From Actinomycetota bacterium (GTDB taxonomy: Bacteria; Actinomycetota; Acidimicrobiia; IMCC26256; VFJJ01), in the NCBI GenBank assembly GCA_009886115.1, contig VFJJ01000011.1:91348-155347 (forward strand): a stretch of 64,000 nt of DNA. Direction: 5' to 3'. The notes beneath the pieces are model-generated. The model had not been told where the DNA came from and made no database searches. It worked only from the letters and a program-made list of their open reading frames with translations. Below, piece after piece: positions 46,894-55,640 of the stretch; within the stretch, counting starts at the first letter, position 1, and the number at the start of each line of letters is the position of its first letter. A program made the position numbers and the translations under genes.

Positions 46894-48117
46894 TCAGCGC
46901 AGTCGGACGGGCATGTGCTTGATGCCGTTCACGAAGTTCGAGCGGAGCCGTTCGACGGGCCCCGTCAGCTCAAGGCGGGGCACGAGCTCGACGATGGCGT
47001 CGAAGATGGCCCGGGCTTCGAGACGGGCCAGCGACGCGCCGAGGCAGAAGTGGGGGCCACCGGCCCCGAAGGCCACGTGCTCGTTGGGCTGGCGCAGCAG
47101 ATCGAGCTGGTCGGCCGTGGGCCCGAAGAACGCCTCGTCGCGATTGGCCGACGGGTACCACATGATCACCATCTCCCCCTCGGCGATCTGCTGGCCGGCG
47201 ATCTCGACATCGTGGGTGACGCGGCGGGCGAAGTGGTGGACGGGCGTCACGTAGCGCAGCAGCTCCTCGATGGCGACGGGGATGCGTTCGGGGTCGGCGG
47301 CGAGCAGCGCATGCTGGTCGGGATGCTCCATGAGGGCCAGCGTTCCGTGGGTGATGAGGTTGCGGGTGGTCTCGGAGCCGGCGTTTTGCAGCAGGAGGAA
47401 GAAGACGTCGATCTCGTGCTGGGTGAGGCGGTCGACGGTGCCGTCCTCGCGCTTCATCTCGGCGGCGAGCAGCACCGAGATGAGGTCGTCGCGGGGACTC
47501 GATCGCCGTTCCTCGCACATCCCTTCGGCGTACATGTACATCGAGGCCATGGCCGCCATCTGGTCTTCGGGGGTGTGGACGTACTCGGGGTCGTCCCCGC
47601 TCATGGTGACCTCGGTCCACTCGAACACCTGGTGACGATCGGCCTCGGGGACGCCCACGAGCTCGGCGATCACCTGCAGTGGCAGCTCGACGGCGACCTG
47701 GTTGACGAAGTCGAACTCGCCGGCGGCTGCGGCCCCTTCGACGATCCGCTTCACGAGGGCGCGGATGCGCGCCTCCATCCCGGCCACCCGCCGTGGGGTG
47801 AAGCCCTTGTTGACCAGCAGCCGCATGCGGGTGTGGATCGGCGGGTCGAGGCTGATGAGCAGCGGCATGTCGGGCGCATCGGGCTGGAGGGGCCAGGCGA
47901 ACGGCCCCGGGCGTGACGAGAAGATCTCGGGTCGACGCGAGACCGACAGCACGTCGGCCATCCGCACGACCGACCAGAACGCCTGGTTGCGATCGGTCGC
48001 GTCCGAGTGCACCAGCCCGGGGGTGGCCCGCATCTCCCTGAACACGTCATGGGGAACGGCCCGGGCCCAGATGCCGTTGTCGAAGAGGTCGACTGCGTGG
48101 GGCTGAGTCATGGTCAT
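46894..48117 (-). CDS. cytochrome P450 (CYP124/125-like)
   Basis: AGSETT, EELLR, FGAGGPHFCLG. Confidence 0.93.
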   Translation of the reverse strand: MTMTQPHAVDLFDNGIWARAVPHDVFREMRATPGLVHSDATDRNQAFWSVVRMADVLSVSRRPEIFSSRPGPFAWPLQPDAPDMPLLISLDPPIHTRMRLLVNKGFTPRRVAGMEARIRALVKRIVEGAAAAGEFDFVNQVAVELPLQVIAELVGVPEADRHQVFEWTEVTMSGDDPEYVHTPEDQMAAMASMYMYAEGMCEERRSSPRDDLISVLLAAEMKREDGTVDRLTQHEIDVFFLLLQNAGSETTRNLITHGTLALMEHPDQHALLAADPERIPVAIEELLRYVTPVHHFARRVTHDVEIAGQQIAEGEMVIMWYPSANRDEAFFGPTADQLDLLRQPNEHVAFGAGGPHFCLGASLARLEARAIFDAIVELVPRLELTGPVERLRSNFVNGIKHMPVRLR

Positions 48118-48163
48118 GGCCCAATCGTGCCTCACGACGGGTGTCCATGGCACCATCTCGGCC

Positions 48164-49381
48164 ATGAGCCTGAGCGCGAGCGAACTCTCCGACGTGGACG
48201 AGGCGACCGTCCTCGAGCTGTGCGACCGTCTGCTCACCGAGCACCCGCCCACGTCGACTCCAGCCGGGGTGTTCCTCGGAGCCCAGTTCGACCTGGGGCT
48301 GGCGTGGGTCCACTTCCCTGTCGGCCACGGCGGGCTGGGCCTGTCGCCGAAGCACCAGGTGGCCATCGGGAGCCGCCTCGGCCCCGCCGGTGCGCCCGAG
48401 CCCTTCAGCCGTAACCCGATCGGGTGGGGGATGGGCGCGCCGACCGTCGTCACCCACGGCAGCGAGGCCCAGAAGGCGCGGTATCTGCGGCCGCTGTTCA
48501 CCGGCGAGGAGATCTGGTGCCAGATGTTCAGCGAGCCCGGCGCCGGCTCCGACGTGGCCGGCTTGTCGACGATGGCCGTCCGCGACGGCGACGAGTGGAT
48601 CGTCAACGGGCAGAAGGTCTGGACGTCGCTCGGGCATCTCGCCCGTTGGGGGATGCTCGTCGCCCGGACCGACCCGAACGCCTTGAAGCACAAGGGACTG
48701 TCGTACTTCGTCGTCGACATGCACGCGCCCGGGGTCGACGTGCGCCCGCTCCGGCAGCTCACCGGCGAGGCCGAGTTCAACGAGGTCTTCTTCACCGACG
48801 TGCGCATCCCCGACGCCGAGCGCCTCGGCGACGTCGGCCAGGGCTGGCACGTCGCGCTCACCACGCTCATGAACGAGCGCGTCTCGCTGGGCGGCGGCGT
48901 GCCGCCCCGGGGCTCGGGGATGATCGGACGGGCGCTCGAGTTGTGGCTGGCGGTTCCGGCCGAGGATCGCGACGCCATCCGGCGTGATCGGTTGACCCGC
49001 TTGTGGATCGAGGCCGAGACCATCCGGCTCACCAACATGCGGTCGTCGGGCGCGCGCACGGTGGGCGTTCCCGGTCCTGAAGGGTCGGTGGGCAAGCTGG
49101 CGACGGCCGAGTTCAACAAGCGCATCACCGAGTTCTTCTGCGAGATCCTGGGGCCGGCGTCGATGGTCGGCGTCGACTACAGCTTCCGCCGGCCCACCGA
49201 GGGCCAGGGAATGCTCGAACGGTTCAACGACCGCAAGCTGTTCCTGCGGATGCGGGCGCAGAGCATCGAGGGCGGCACGTCGGAGGTGATGCGCAACATC
49301 CTCGGTGAGCGCGTCCTCGGCCTCCCCGGCGACGTGCGGGTCGACCGCGACCGCCCCTGGTCGGAGGTCCCCCGGAACTGA
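48164..49381 (+). CDS. acyl-CoA dehydrogenase
   Basis: WCQMFSEPGAGSD, NGQKVWTS, FNEVFF, IEGGTSE. Confidence 0.93.
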   Translation: MSLSASELSDVDEATVLELCDRLLTEHPPTSTPAGVFLGAQFDLGLAWVHFPVGHGGLGLSPKHQVAIGSRLGPAGAPEPFSRNPIGWGMGAPTVVTHGSEAQKARYLRPLFTGEEIWCQMFSEPGAGSDVAGLSTMAVRDGDEWIVNGQKVWTSLGHLARWGMLVARTDPNALKHKGLSYFVVDMHAPGVDVRPLRQLTGEAEFNEVFFTDVRIPDAERLGDVGQGWHVALTTLMNERVSLGGGVPPRGSGMIGRALELWLAVPAEDRDAIRRDRLTRLWIEAETIRLTNMRSSGARTVGVPGPEGSVGKLATAEFNKRITEFFCEILGPASMVGVDYSFRRPTEGQGMLERFNDRKLFLRMRAQSIEGGTSEVMRNILGERVLGLPGDVRVDRDRPWSEVPRN

Positions 49382-49443
49382 GTTATCGAGCATTTGACCC
49401 AGGCCGCGCTGTTCCGGCTCACGTCAGCGCCGATACTTGAGGG

Positions 49444-51336
49444 GTGATCCTCCGAGGACGTCGCTCGCACTCTGTATCCGCCGTGTTGCTCGCGGCGATG
49501 TTTAGCGCGGCAATGCTCGCGGCCTCGAGCGCCCAGCCGGCCGGCGCCTATCCCGGGGCGCCGTGGTTCGAGCCGAACAGGCCGTACACGCAGAACTTCC
49601 CCGACCCGGCGATCCTGGTCGACGGGGGCCGCTACTACGCCTACGCCACGACCACGGGAGGGGCCTACCTCCCGGTCATGACCTCGACCGACGCCGTCAC
49701 CTGGACGGCCCGGCCCCGGTACAGCCCCAACCCCTACAACTCCGACCCGTTCTACAACGACGCCCTGGTGCAGGCGCCGAGCTGGGGAACCGACGTGAAC
49801 CCGGGGCAGCGGCTGGCCAAGGAGCTGCGGGCGCCCGGCGTAACGAAGATCGGCTCGACGTACGTGGCGTTCTCGACGGTGCGGACCCAGGCCGGGAACC
49901 CGGGCCGCTTCTGCATCAGTGTTGCCACGGCCACCGCAGCGATCGGACCGTTCCGTGACACGACGAGCGGCCCCCTCGTCTGCGACAGCGATCCGGCCGG
50001 CTCGATCGACCCGCAGCCGTTCGTCGACCCGGCCACCGGGACGCCGTGGCTGCTCTGGAAGAGCGAAGGAGTGCCGGGCTTGCAACCCACTCGCGTCTGG
50101 ATCCGCCAGCTCGACGCTGCCGGCACCGGATTCGCCCCGGACTCGTCGGCCGTCAGCCTGCTCTTCACCGACCAGCCCTGGGAGGGGAACCTCATCGAGA
50201 ACCCGGCCATGGTGCGGTGGCAGGGCCGGCTGTTCTTGTTCTACTCGGGGAACGAATGGCCGTCAGCCAACTACGCCGCGGGATACGCAGAGTGCGCCAC
50301 GCCGGTCGGACCCTGTACCAAGAACCCGAACAACCCACTGCTCGCGTCTCGGGGCAGCGAGCTCGGTCCGGGGGCTCCGGCGCCGTTCGTCGACCTGGAG
50401 GGCAACCTCCGGGTGGCCTACCACTTCTGGAACGCCCCGTACACCAACTATCCCGCCTTCCCGGCGTGCCAGTCGGCGGGTACGTGCATGTCCCAGGGAC
50501 AGCGCCGTATGAAGGTCGCGTCGCTGGTTCTCACCGGCAACGGGCTCGTGGTGGGCGCGCCGGCCGTCGGCCCCGGATACTGGATGCTCGGTCGCGACGG
50601 CACCGTCTACCCCTTCGGAGGGGCCGCGTTCCTCGGTGAACCCAAGTCGCAGCTGGGTTTCGGGGTGACGGCCGTCGATGTCGAGTCGACCCCGTCGGGG
50701 AAGGGCTATCTCGTGCTCGACCGGATCGGGCGGGTGTTCTCCTACGGAGACGCGGCCGCGTTCGGCGCGCCGGGCAACGCCCCCGTCGACGGAGCCGGCG
50801 GCGAGCGAGCGGCATCGATCTCTGTGACGCCGAGCAACGGTGGGTACTGGGTCTTCACCAACCGTGGACGGGTGTTCGGCTACGGCGACGCGCGGACCTT
50901 CGGCGACCTCTCGGGCGTGGCCCTCAACGGACCGGTTCTCGGCTCGATTCCCACGCCCACCGGGGCCGGGTACTTCATGGTCGGCTCTGACGGCGGCGTC
51001 TTCGCGTTCGGTGACGCCCTGTTCTCGGGCTCGACCGGCAACATGGTCCTCAACCAACCGGTCGTTGGGCTGGTCCCGACGCCCACGAACCGGGGCTACT
51101 GGCTCGTAGCCAGCGACGGGGGCGTGTTCGCGTTCGGCGATGCGACGTTCCGGGGTTCGATGGGCGCGGTGCGGCTCAACCAACCGGTCAACGGGATGAT
51201 CCGCAATGGCACGGGTTATCTCATGGTCGCCAGCGACGGCGGCATCTTCAACTTCAGCGACCAACCGTTCTTCGGCTCGCTCGGCGGGACGCCGATCCCG
51301 CATCCGATCGTCGCCGCTGCCGTGAAGGACAAGTAG
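49444..51336 (+). CDS. secreted GH43 glycoside hydrolase with C-terminal GYW repeats
   Basis: NFPDP, IDP, IENP, YSGN; GYWLVASDGGVFAFGDA repeats. Confidence 0.85.
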   Translation: MILRGRRSHSVSAVLLAAMFSAAMLAASSAQPAGAYPGAPWFEPNRPYTQNFPDPAILVDGGRYYAYATTTGGAYLPVMTSTDAVTWTARPRYSPNPYNSDPFYNDALVQAPSWGTDVNPGQRLAKELRAPGVTKIGSTYVAFSTVRTQAGNPGRFCISVATATAAIGPFRDTTSGPLVCDSDPAGSIDPQPFVDPATGTPWLLWKSEGVPGLQPTRVWIRQLDAAGTGFAPDSSAVSLLFTDQPWEGNLIENPAMVRWQGRLFLFYSGNEWPSANYAAGYAECATPVGPCTKNPNNPLLASRGSELGPGAPAPFVDLEGNLRVAYHFWNAPYTNYPAFPACQSAGTCMSQGQRRMKVASLVLTGNGLVVGAPAVGPGYWMLGRDGTVYPFGGAAFLGEPKSQLGFGVTAVDVESTPSGKGYLVLDRIGRVFSYGDAAAFGAPGNAPVDGAGGERAASISVTPSNGGYWVFTNRGRVFGYGDARTFGDLSGVALNGPVLGSIPTPTGAGYFMVGSDGGVFAFGDALFSGSTGNMVLNQPVVGLVPTPTNRGYWLVASDGGVFAFGDATFRGSMGAVRLNQPVNGMIRNGTGYLMVASDGGIFNFSDQPFFGSLGGTPIPHPIVAAAVKDK

Positions 51337-51355
51337 CGCGCTGCCGGAGTCCTGC

Positions 51356-51403
51356 CAACTGTCAGCGTGGAGGGCCGTATCCGGCCTCTCACGCTGACAG
51401 TTG
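51356..51403. repeat. 48-bp hairpin element, copy B
   Basis: CAACTGTCAGCGTG...CCGTATCCGG...CACGCTGACAGTTG between convergent genes. Confidence 0.85.
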
Positions 51404-51419
51404 GAGCGGTGGTACGGGT

Positions 51420-52652
51420 TCAGGCGATGGTGCCGGCGCTTCGCAGGGCGCCCAGACGGGCGTCGTCGTAGCCCAGCGCCGAGCGCAGCACGTCGTCGGT
51501 GTGCTGGCCCGGCGTGGGCGCGGTGGCGGGCGACGGCAGCCCGTCGCTGAAGCGCAACGGGGTCGCGATCGTGGCCGGGCCGGCGGTGGGCGTGCTCCAG
51601 TGGGTGCGGGCGGCGAAGTGGGGATCGTCGACGGGGCCATCGGGATGGTGCACGGGCGCGATGGGCACGTTGTGCGCGATACCGAAGTCGATCCATGCGG
51701 CCGTGGTACGGGTCGCGAAGATCGCCGCGAGCTCGCGGCGTAGCTCACGGTTGCCCCGGGCGTGCTCGGCCACCTCGGCGCCGGGCCAGCGCTCGTAGAG
51801 ATCGAGACGGTCGACCGCCGCGCAGAGGTTGTGCCAGAACACCCGCTCGGAGGCCATCACGAGGAGATGGCCGTCGAGCGTCGCGTAGTACTGGTAGCGG
51901 ACGGCCTCGCTCATGTCGAGGTCGGCCGCCGGCACTGAGGACCCCGCCGGCGCTCTCGGCGCCAGCAGGCCGTCGCGGCGGGCTCGTGACGCCTCGATGC
52001 GGCTGAAGGCCCATCCGGCTGCGGCGTCGGCCTGGGCGATCTCCACGGCTGCCCCACGGCCGCGGGCCCGGGCCTGCAAGAGCGCGGCCACGATGCCCAG
52101 CGCCCCGTAGAGGCCGCCGGCGTGGGTGCCGATGTCGGTGGCGCCGAGGCCCAGGCTCACGAACTCGTCAGGCCCGGCGACGGGCGGGACGAGCCCGGCG
52201 TAGGCGTCGAACGCGACCCCGTGGGCCGGCGCCGTGGCGTAGGGCCCGGTCGAGCCGTACCCGGAGACCGATGCGAACACGACCATGGGATTGAGCTCGA
52301 GCAAGCGGTCGATCGGAAACCCCATGCGGGCCAACGCTCCGGCGCGGAGTCCCTCGATCACGACATCGGAGACGGTCACCAGCTCGGCGAACACAGCGCG
52401 GCCTTCTGGGCTGCGGAGGTCGAGGCCCAGGCTCCGCTTGCCCCGATTCCAATGCCAGTGCAGCACCGAGAGGCCATCGATGTGCGGCCCGCCCGTGGTC
52501 CGCACGTAGTCGGGCCGTGCCGGCTCCTCGATCTTGATGACCTCGGCGCCGAGATCGGCCAGGTGCATCCCGACACTGTCGGGGGCGAGCAGCGCGATCT
52601 CGAGCACGCGCACCCCGGCGAGCGGTCCTGACCCTTCCACCCAGTTGCCCAC
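51420..52652 (-). CDS. CaiB/BaiF family III CoA-transferase
   Basis: GPLAGVRVLE, LADLGAEVIKIE, NRGKRSL.LDL, APTPGQHT. Confidence 0.92.
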   Translation of the reverse strand: MGNWVEGSGPLAGVRVLEIALLAPDSVGMHLADLGAEVIKIEEPARPDYVRTTGGPHIDGLSVLHWHWNRGKRSLGLDLRSPEGRAVFAELVTVSDVVIEGLRAGALARMGFPIDRLLELNPMVVFASVSGYGSTGPYATAPAHGVAFDAYAGLVPPVAGPDEFVSLGLGATDIGTHAGGLYGALGIVAALLQARARGRGAAVEIAQADAAAGWAFSRIEASRARRDGLLAPRAPAGSSVPAADLDMSEAVRYQYYATLDGHLLVMASERVFWHNLCAAVDRLDLYERWPGAEVAEHARGNRELRRELAAIFATRTTAAWIDFGIAHNVPIAPVHHPDGPVDDPHFAARTHWSTPTAGPATIATPLRFSDGLPSPATAPTPGQHTDDVLRSALGYDDARLGALRSAGTIA

Positions 52653-52691
52653 CGATGCCCCCCACCGACGCCGCCGGCGTCGCCGACGCCG

Positions 52692-52738
52692 AAATTTGTG
52701 CAGGAATCGTCGCCTCGCGACGATTCCTGCACAAATTT
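52692..52738. repeat. perfect 22-bp inverted repeat with 3-nt loop
   Basis: AAATTTGTGCAGGAATCGTCGC-CTC-GCGACGATTCCTGCACAAATTT. Confidence 0.9.
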
Positions 52739-52755
52739 GGAGAAGGACTCGGACA

Positions 52756-53448
52756 TCAGGTCCGAATGCGACCCTCGAACTGGTACCGGGACGGGTCGAC
52801 GGCGATGAACAGACCGGTGGCGTCGGCGGTCACCGACCCGTCGCTGGTCACGCAGGTGGCGATCGTGAACACCTTGCGCCCCTCGACCCGCTCGACGCGG
52901 GCCTCCAAGAGCAGGTCGGTGTTCAAGGGCGTGGCCGCTCGGTAGTTGACCGTCATCGACGCGGTCATGCAGAGCTGACCCGACAGCGACGAAGCGGCTG
53001 CGAGCACGTAGTCGAAGGCCGTGCCGAGGTAGCCGCCGTGCAGCATCCCCGGCGGGCCCTCGTACTGCAGCGTGTACCTGACCCGTCCGACGACCCGGTC
53101 GGCGAAGCGTTCGAGCACGAGCGGCGGCGCCATGGGGTTGGCCGGGCCGACGACGGTGTGGGTCTCCATGATCGCCGTGTTGTCGCCCGAGCGGACGGTC
53201 GCCCCGGGAGTGTCCTCGTAGCGTGAGGTGCGAGCGTGGGGCGCGAGCTCGGCAGCGAGCCGAGTGGCCTCGTCGGCGATCTCCTCGATGAGGCCGGCGG
53301 GAGCGGCCGAGTGGACCATCGTCCGCATGAGCGACCGCACCGCGTCGGCAGCGCGCCGGGCCGGGGTCGCCCCATCGGTCGGCCAGCCAACGGGTGCCGC
53401 GCCGTCGCTCCTGGCCGGCGCCGGGGGGTCGTCGTATTCGGCGGCCAT
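52756..53448 (-). CDS. PaaI-family thioesterase
   Basis: GPANPMAPP, EGPPGMLHGG, GRKV. Confidence 0.88.
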   Translation of the reverse strand: MAAEYDDPPAPARSDGAAPVGWPTDGATPARRAADAVRSLMRTMVHSAAPAGLIEEIADEATRLAAELAPHARTSRYEDTPGATVRSGDNTAIMETHTVVGPANPMAPPLVLERFADRVVGRVRYTLQYEGPPGMLHGGYLGTAFDYVLAAASSLSGQLCMTASMTVNYRAATPLNTDLLLEARVERVEGRKVFTIATCVTSDGSVTADATGLFIAVDPSRYQFEGRIRT

Positions 53449-53454
53449 CGTGCC

Positions 53455-54651
53455 TCAACCCGGCTCTCGGGGTAGGCCCAGCCCCAGTTGGGCGATGGTG
53501 GTGCGTTGGATCTCGTTGGCGCCGACGCTCAACGTGGGGTGCAGCCGTTCGACGGCCTCGTAGGCGAACCATCGGCCGAGCGGAGGCTGGGCGAACCAGC
53601 CCGGCGCCGCGAGCACGTCCGGGCCCAACAGCCGGGAACCCGAGCGGGCGATGCCCTGAAGGAGCTCCGTCGCCCAGACCTTCACCGAGGCCGACTCGAC
53701 GACCGGCGCCCCTCCGACGTCCTGGGCCCACAGGACCCGCTCCGCGAAGCGCATCCCCAGCCAGAACCGGGTGACCAGTGACGCGAGCTCGTCGCGCACC
53801 GTGGGGTCGCGGGTTCCCCGGGCCAGCTCGACCAGGGCCTCGAGGTTGCGCCGGGCCCAGCCCAGCCAGGCCATGCCCGAACGCTCGTTGAGCAACGCCG
53901 CACCGAGTTGACGCCAGCCCCGGGATCGTTCGCCCAGCAGCGCCTCGGCGCCGACGATCGCCCCGTTGAAGCGGATCGTCCCGAGGTCCCAGCCGTTGGC
54001 GGTGCGGACCCGTTCGACCTCGACCCCGGGCGTCGACATGGGCACGAGCAGCATCGACAGGCCCTGGTTGCGAACCGTCCCCGGCTCGGTGCGGGCGATG
54101 GTGAGGCACCAGTGCGCCTTGTGCGGACCGGTCACGAGCACCTTCTCGCCGTCGATCACGAAGGCGGTCGGCTCGCCGTCGGCGCCGTGCTCGTCGGGGA
54201 AGGCCGTCGTGGTGATCTCGGCCAGGTCGGAGCCGGCGCCGGCCTCGGTGTAGGCGATGGCGGCGTTGATGGTGCCGGCGATGGCCGGGGGAAGGAAGGC
54301 GTCCTTCTGAGCCGGGCTCCCGAACTGGATGACCGTCGGGGCGACGAGAGCCACCGCGGTGTCGATGAGCGGCGCGTCGTGGTAGGCCGCCTCGTGCGAC
54401 ACCACGGCCTGGAACGAGCGCGGACGGCCCTGGCCACCGTGCTCGACGGGCAGGCTGACACCGAGAAGCCCGGCGGCGCCGGCCTTGCGTAGCACCGACG
54501 ACTCGAACCGCTCCGACCAACCGGTGAGATCGCGCCCGTCGCGATCGGCGTCGGTTCCCTCGCTCATCCACCCGGCCAGTTGCTCACGCAGCCCACGCCG
54601 GAACGCTGCGAGCTCGTCGGGGAAGCAGAAGTCGGGAAGCTCCCCGGACAT
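53455..54651 (-). CDS. acyl-CoA dehydrogenase
   Basis: YTEAGAGSDL, IDGEK, GANEIQR. Confidence 0.9.
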   Translation of the reverse strand: MSGELPDFCFPDELAAFRRGLREQLAGWMSEGTDADRDGRDLTGWSERFESSVLRKAGAAGLLGVSLPVEHGGQGRPRSFQAVVSHEAAYHDAPLIDTAVALVAPTVIQFGSPAQKDAFLPPAIAGTINAAIAYTEAGAGSDLAEITTTAFPDEHGADGEPTAFVIDGEKVLVTGPHKAHWCLTIARTEPGTVRNQGLSMLLVPMSTPGVEVERVRTANGWDLGTIRFNGAIVGAEALLGERSRGWRQLGAALLNERSGMAWLGWARRNLEALVELARGTRDPTVRDELASLVTRFWLGMRFAERVLWAQDVGGAPVVESASVKVWATELLQGIARSGSRLLGPDVLAAPGWFAQPPLGRWFAYEAVERLHPTLSVGANEIQRTTIAQLGLGLPREPG

Positions 54652-54764
54652 CGTCACGCCTCGAGACGCTAGCCAACGGGTTCGAACGATGTTTCGGTAT
54701 CGCCGTGGCATCGGGGGGATCAACCCGGTACCGTTTCGACAGCCGGCGAGGCAGGAGGTGGCCG

Positions 54765-55640
54765 ATGGCGTTCTCGACCGACGATGCTTCGCCGCTTCTC
54801 GGCATCCCCGGCTACGAGAACGTCCTCGAGATCGGTCGGGGCGGGTTCGGGATCGTGTACCGGGCCCGCCAAGCGGAGCTCGATCGGGTGGTCGCCGTGA
54901 AGGTGCTCACATCCGTCGTCGACGCCAAGGCGTTGCAGCGTTTCGACCGCGAGCGCAAGGCCCTCGGGGCGTTGTCGGACCACCCCAACATCGTCACGAT
55001 CTTCGAATCGGGCACCACCGCACGCGGCATGCCGTTCCTCACGATGGAGTTCCTGGCCGGCGGATCGTTCGGCGATCGGCTGGCGAGTGCCGGTGCGGTC
55101 GATTGGCCGAGCGTCGTCGCCATGGCGGTCTTGGCGCCAGGGCCCCCGCTTCCGCCGCCGGTAGCCACCACGTCACCCGCGACGAGCACGACGCTCGCTC
55201 CGGTGCTCATGCCCGACGTCATCGGCCTCAGCCAAGCGGCGGCCCGTTCAGCAGTCACCGACCTCCAGCGCAGCTTCAAGCCGCAGGGCTACTTCGCGTA
55301 CACCGAGAGCCTGAAGTGCAACGGCAACACCGATCCCAGCCTGTTCGGCACGGTGCACGCCCAGAGCCCTCCGGCCGGGACTGCCATGTTCTTCCAGCAG
55401 CCGGCCAGCATCGACATCTACGAGACCTGCACGACGGTCCCCAACCTCCTCGGTGCCGACCGGAACTCGCAGGCACCGGCGCTCGTGCTCCAAGCTGCCC
55501 TCCAGGCCACGTACACGATGGGCGCTTGTCAATCCGGTGTCGGATCGAACGTCGTCATCGCCCAGGATCTGGCCGATGGATCGATCGTCAAGACCAACTC
55601 GATCGTCAGGGTCACCTTCACTCCAGCGAGTTGCCCGTAG
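54765..55640 (+). pseudogene. internally deleted Ser/Thr kinase: N-lobe fused in frame to PASTA-like domains
   Basis: GRGGFG, VAVK, HPNIV present; HRD, DFG, APE and TM absent; MPDVIG and VPNLLG repeats follow. Confidence 0.7.
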
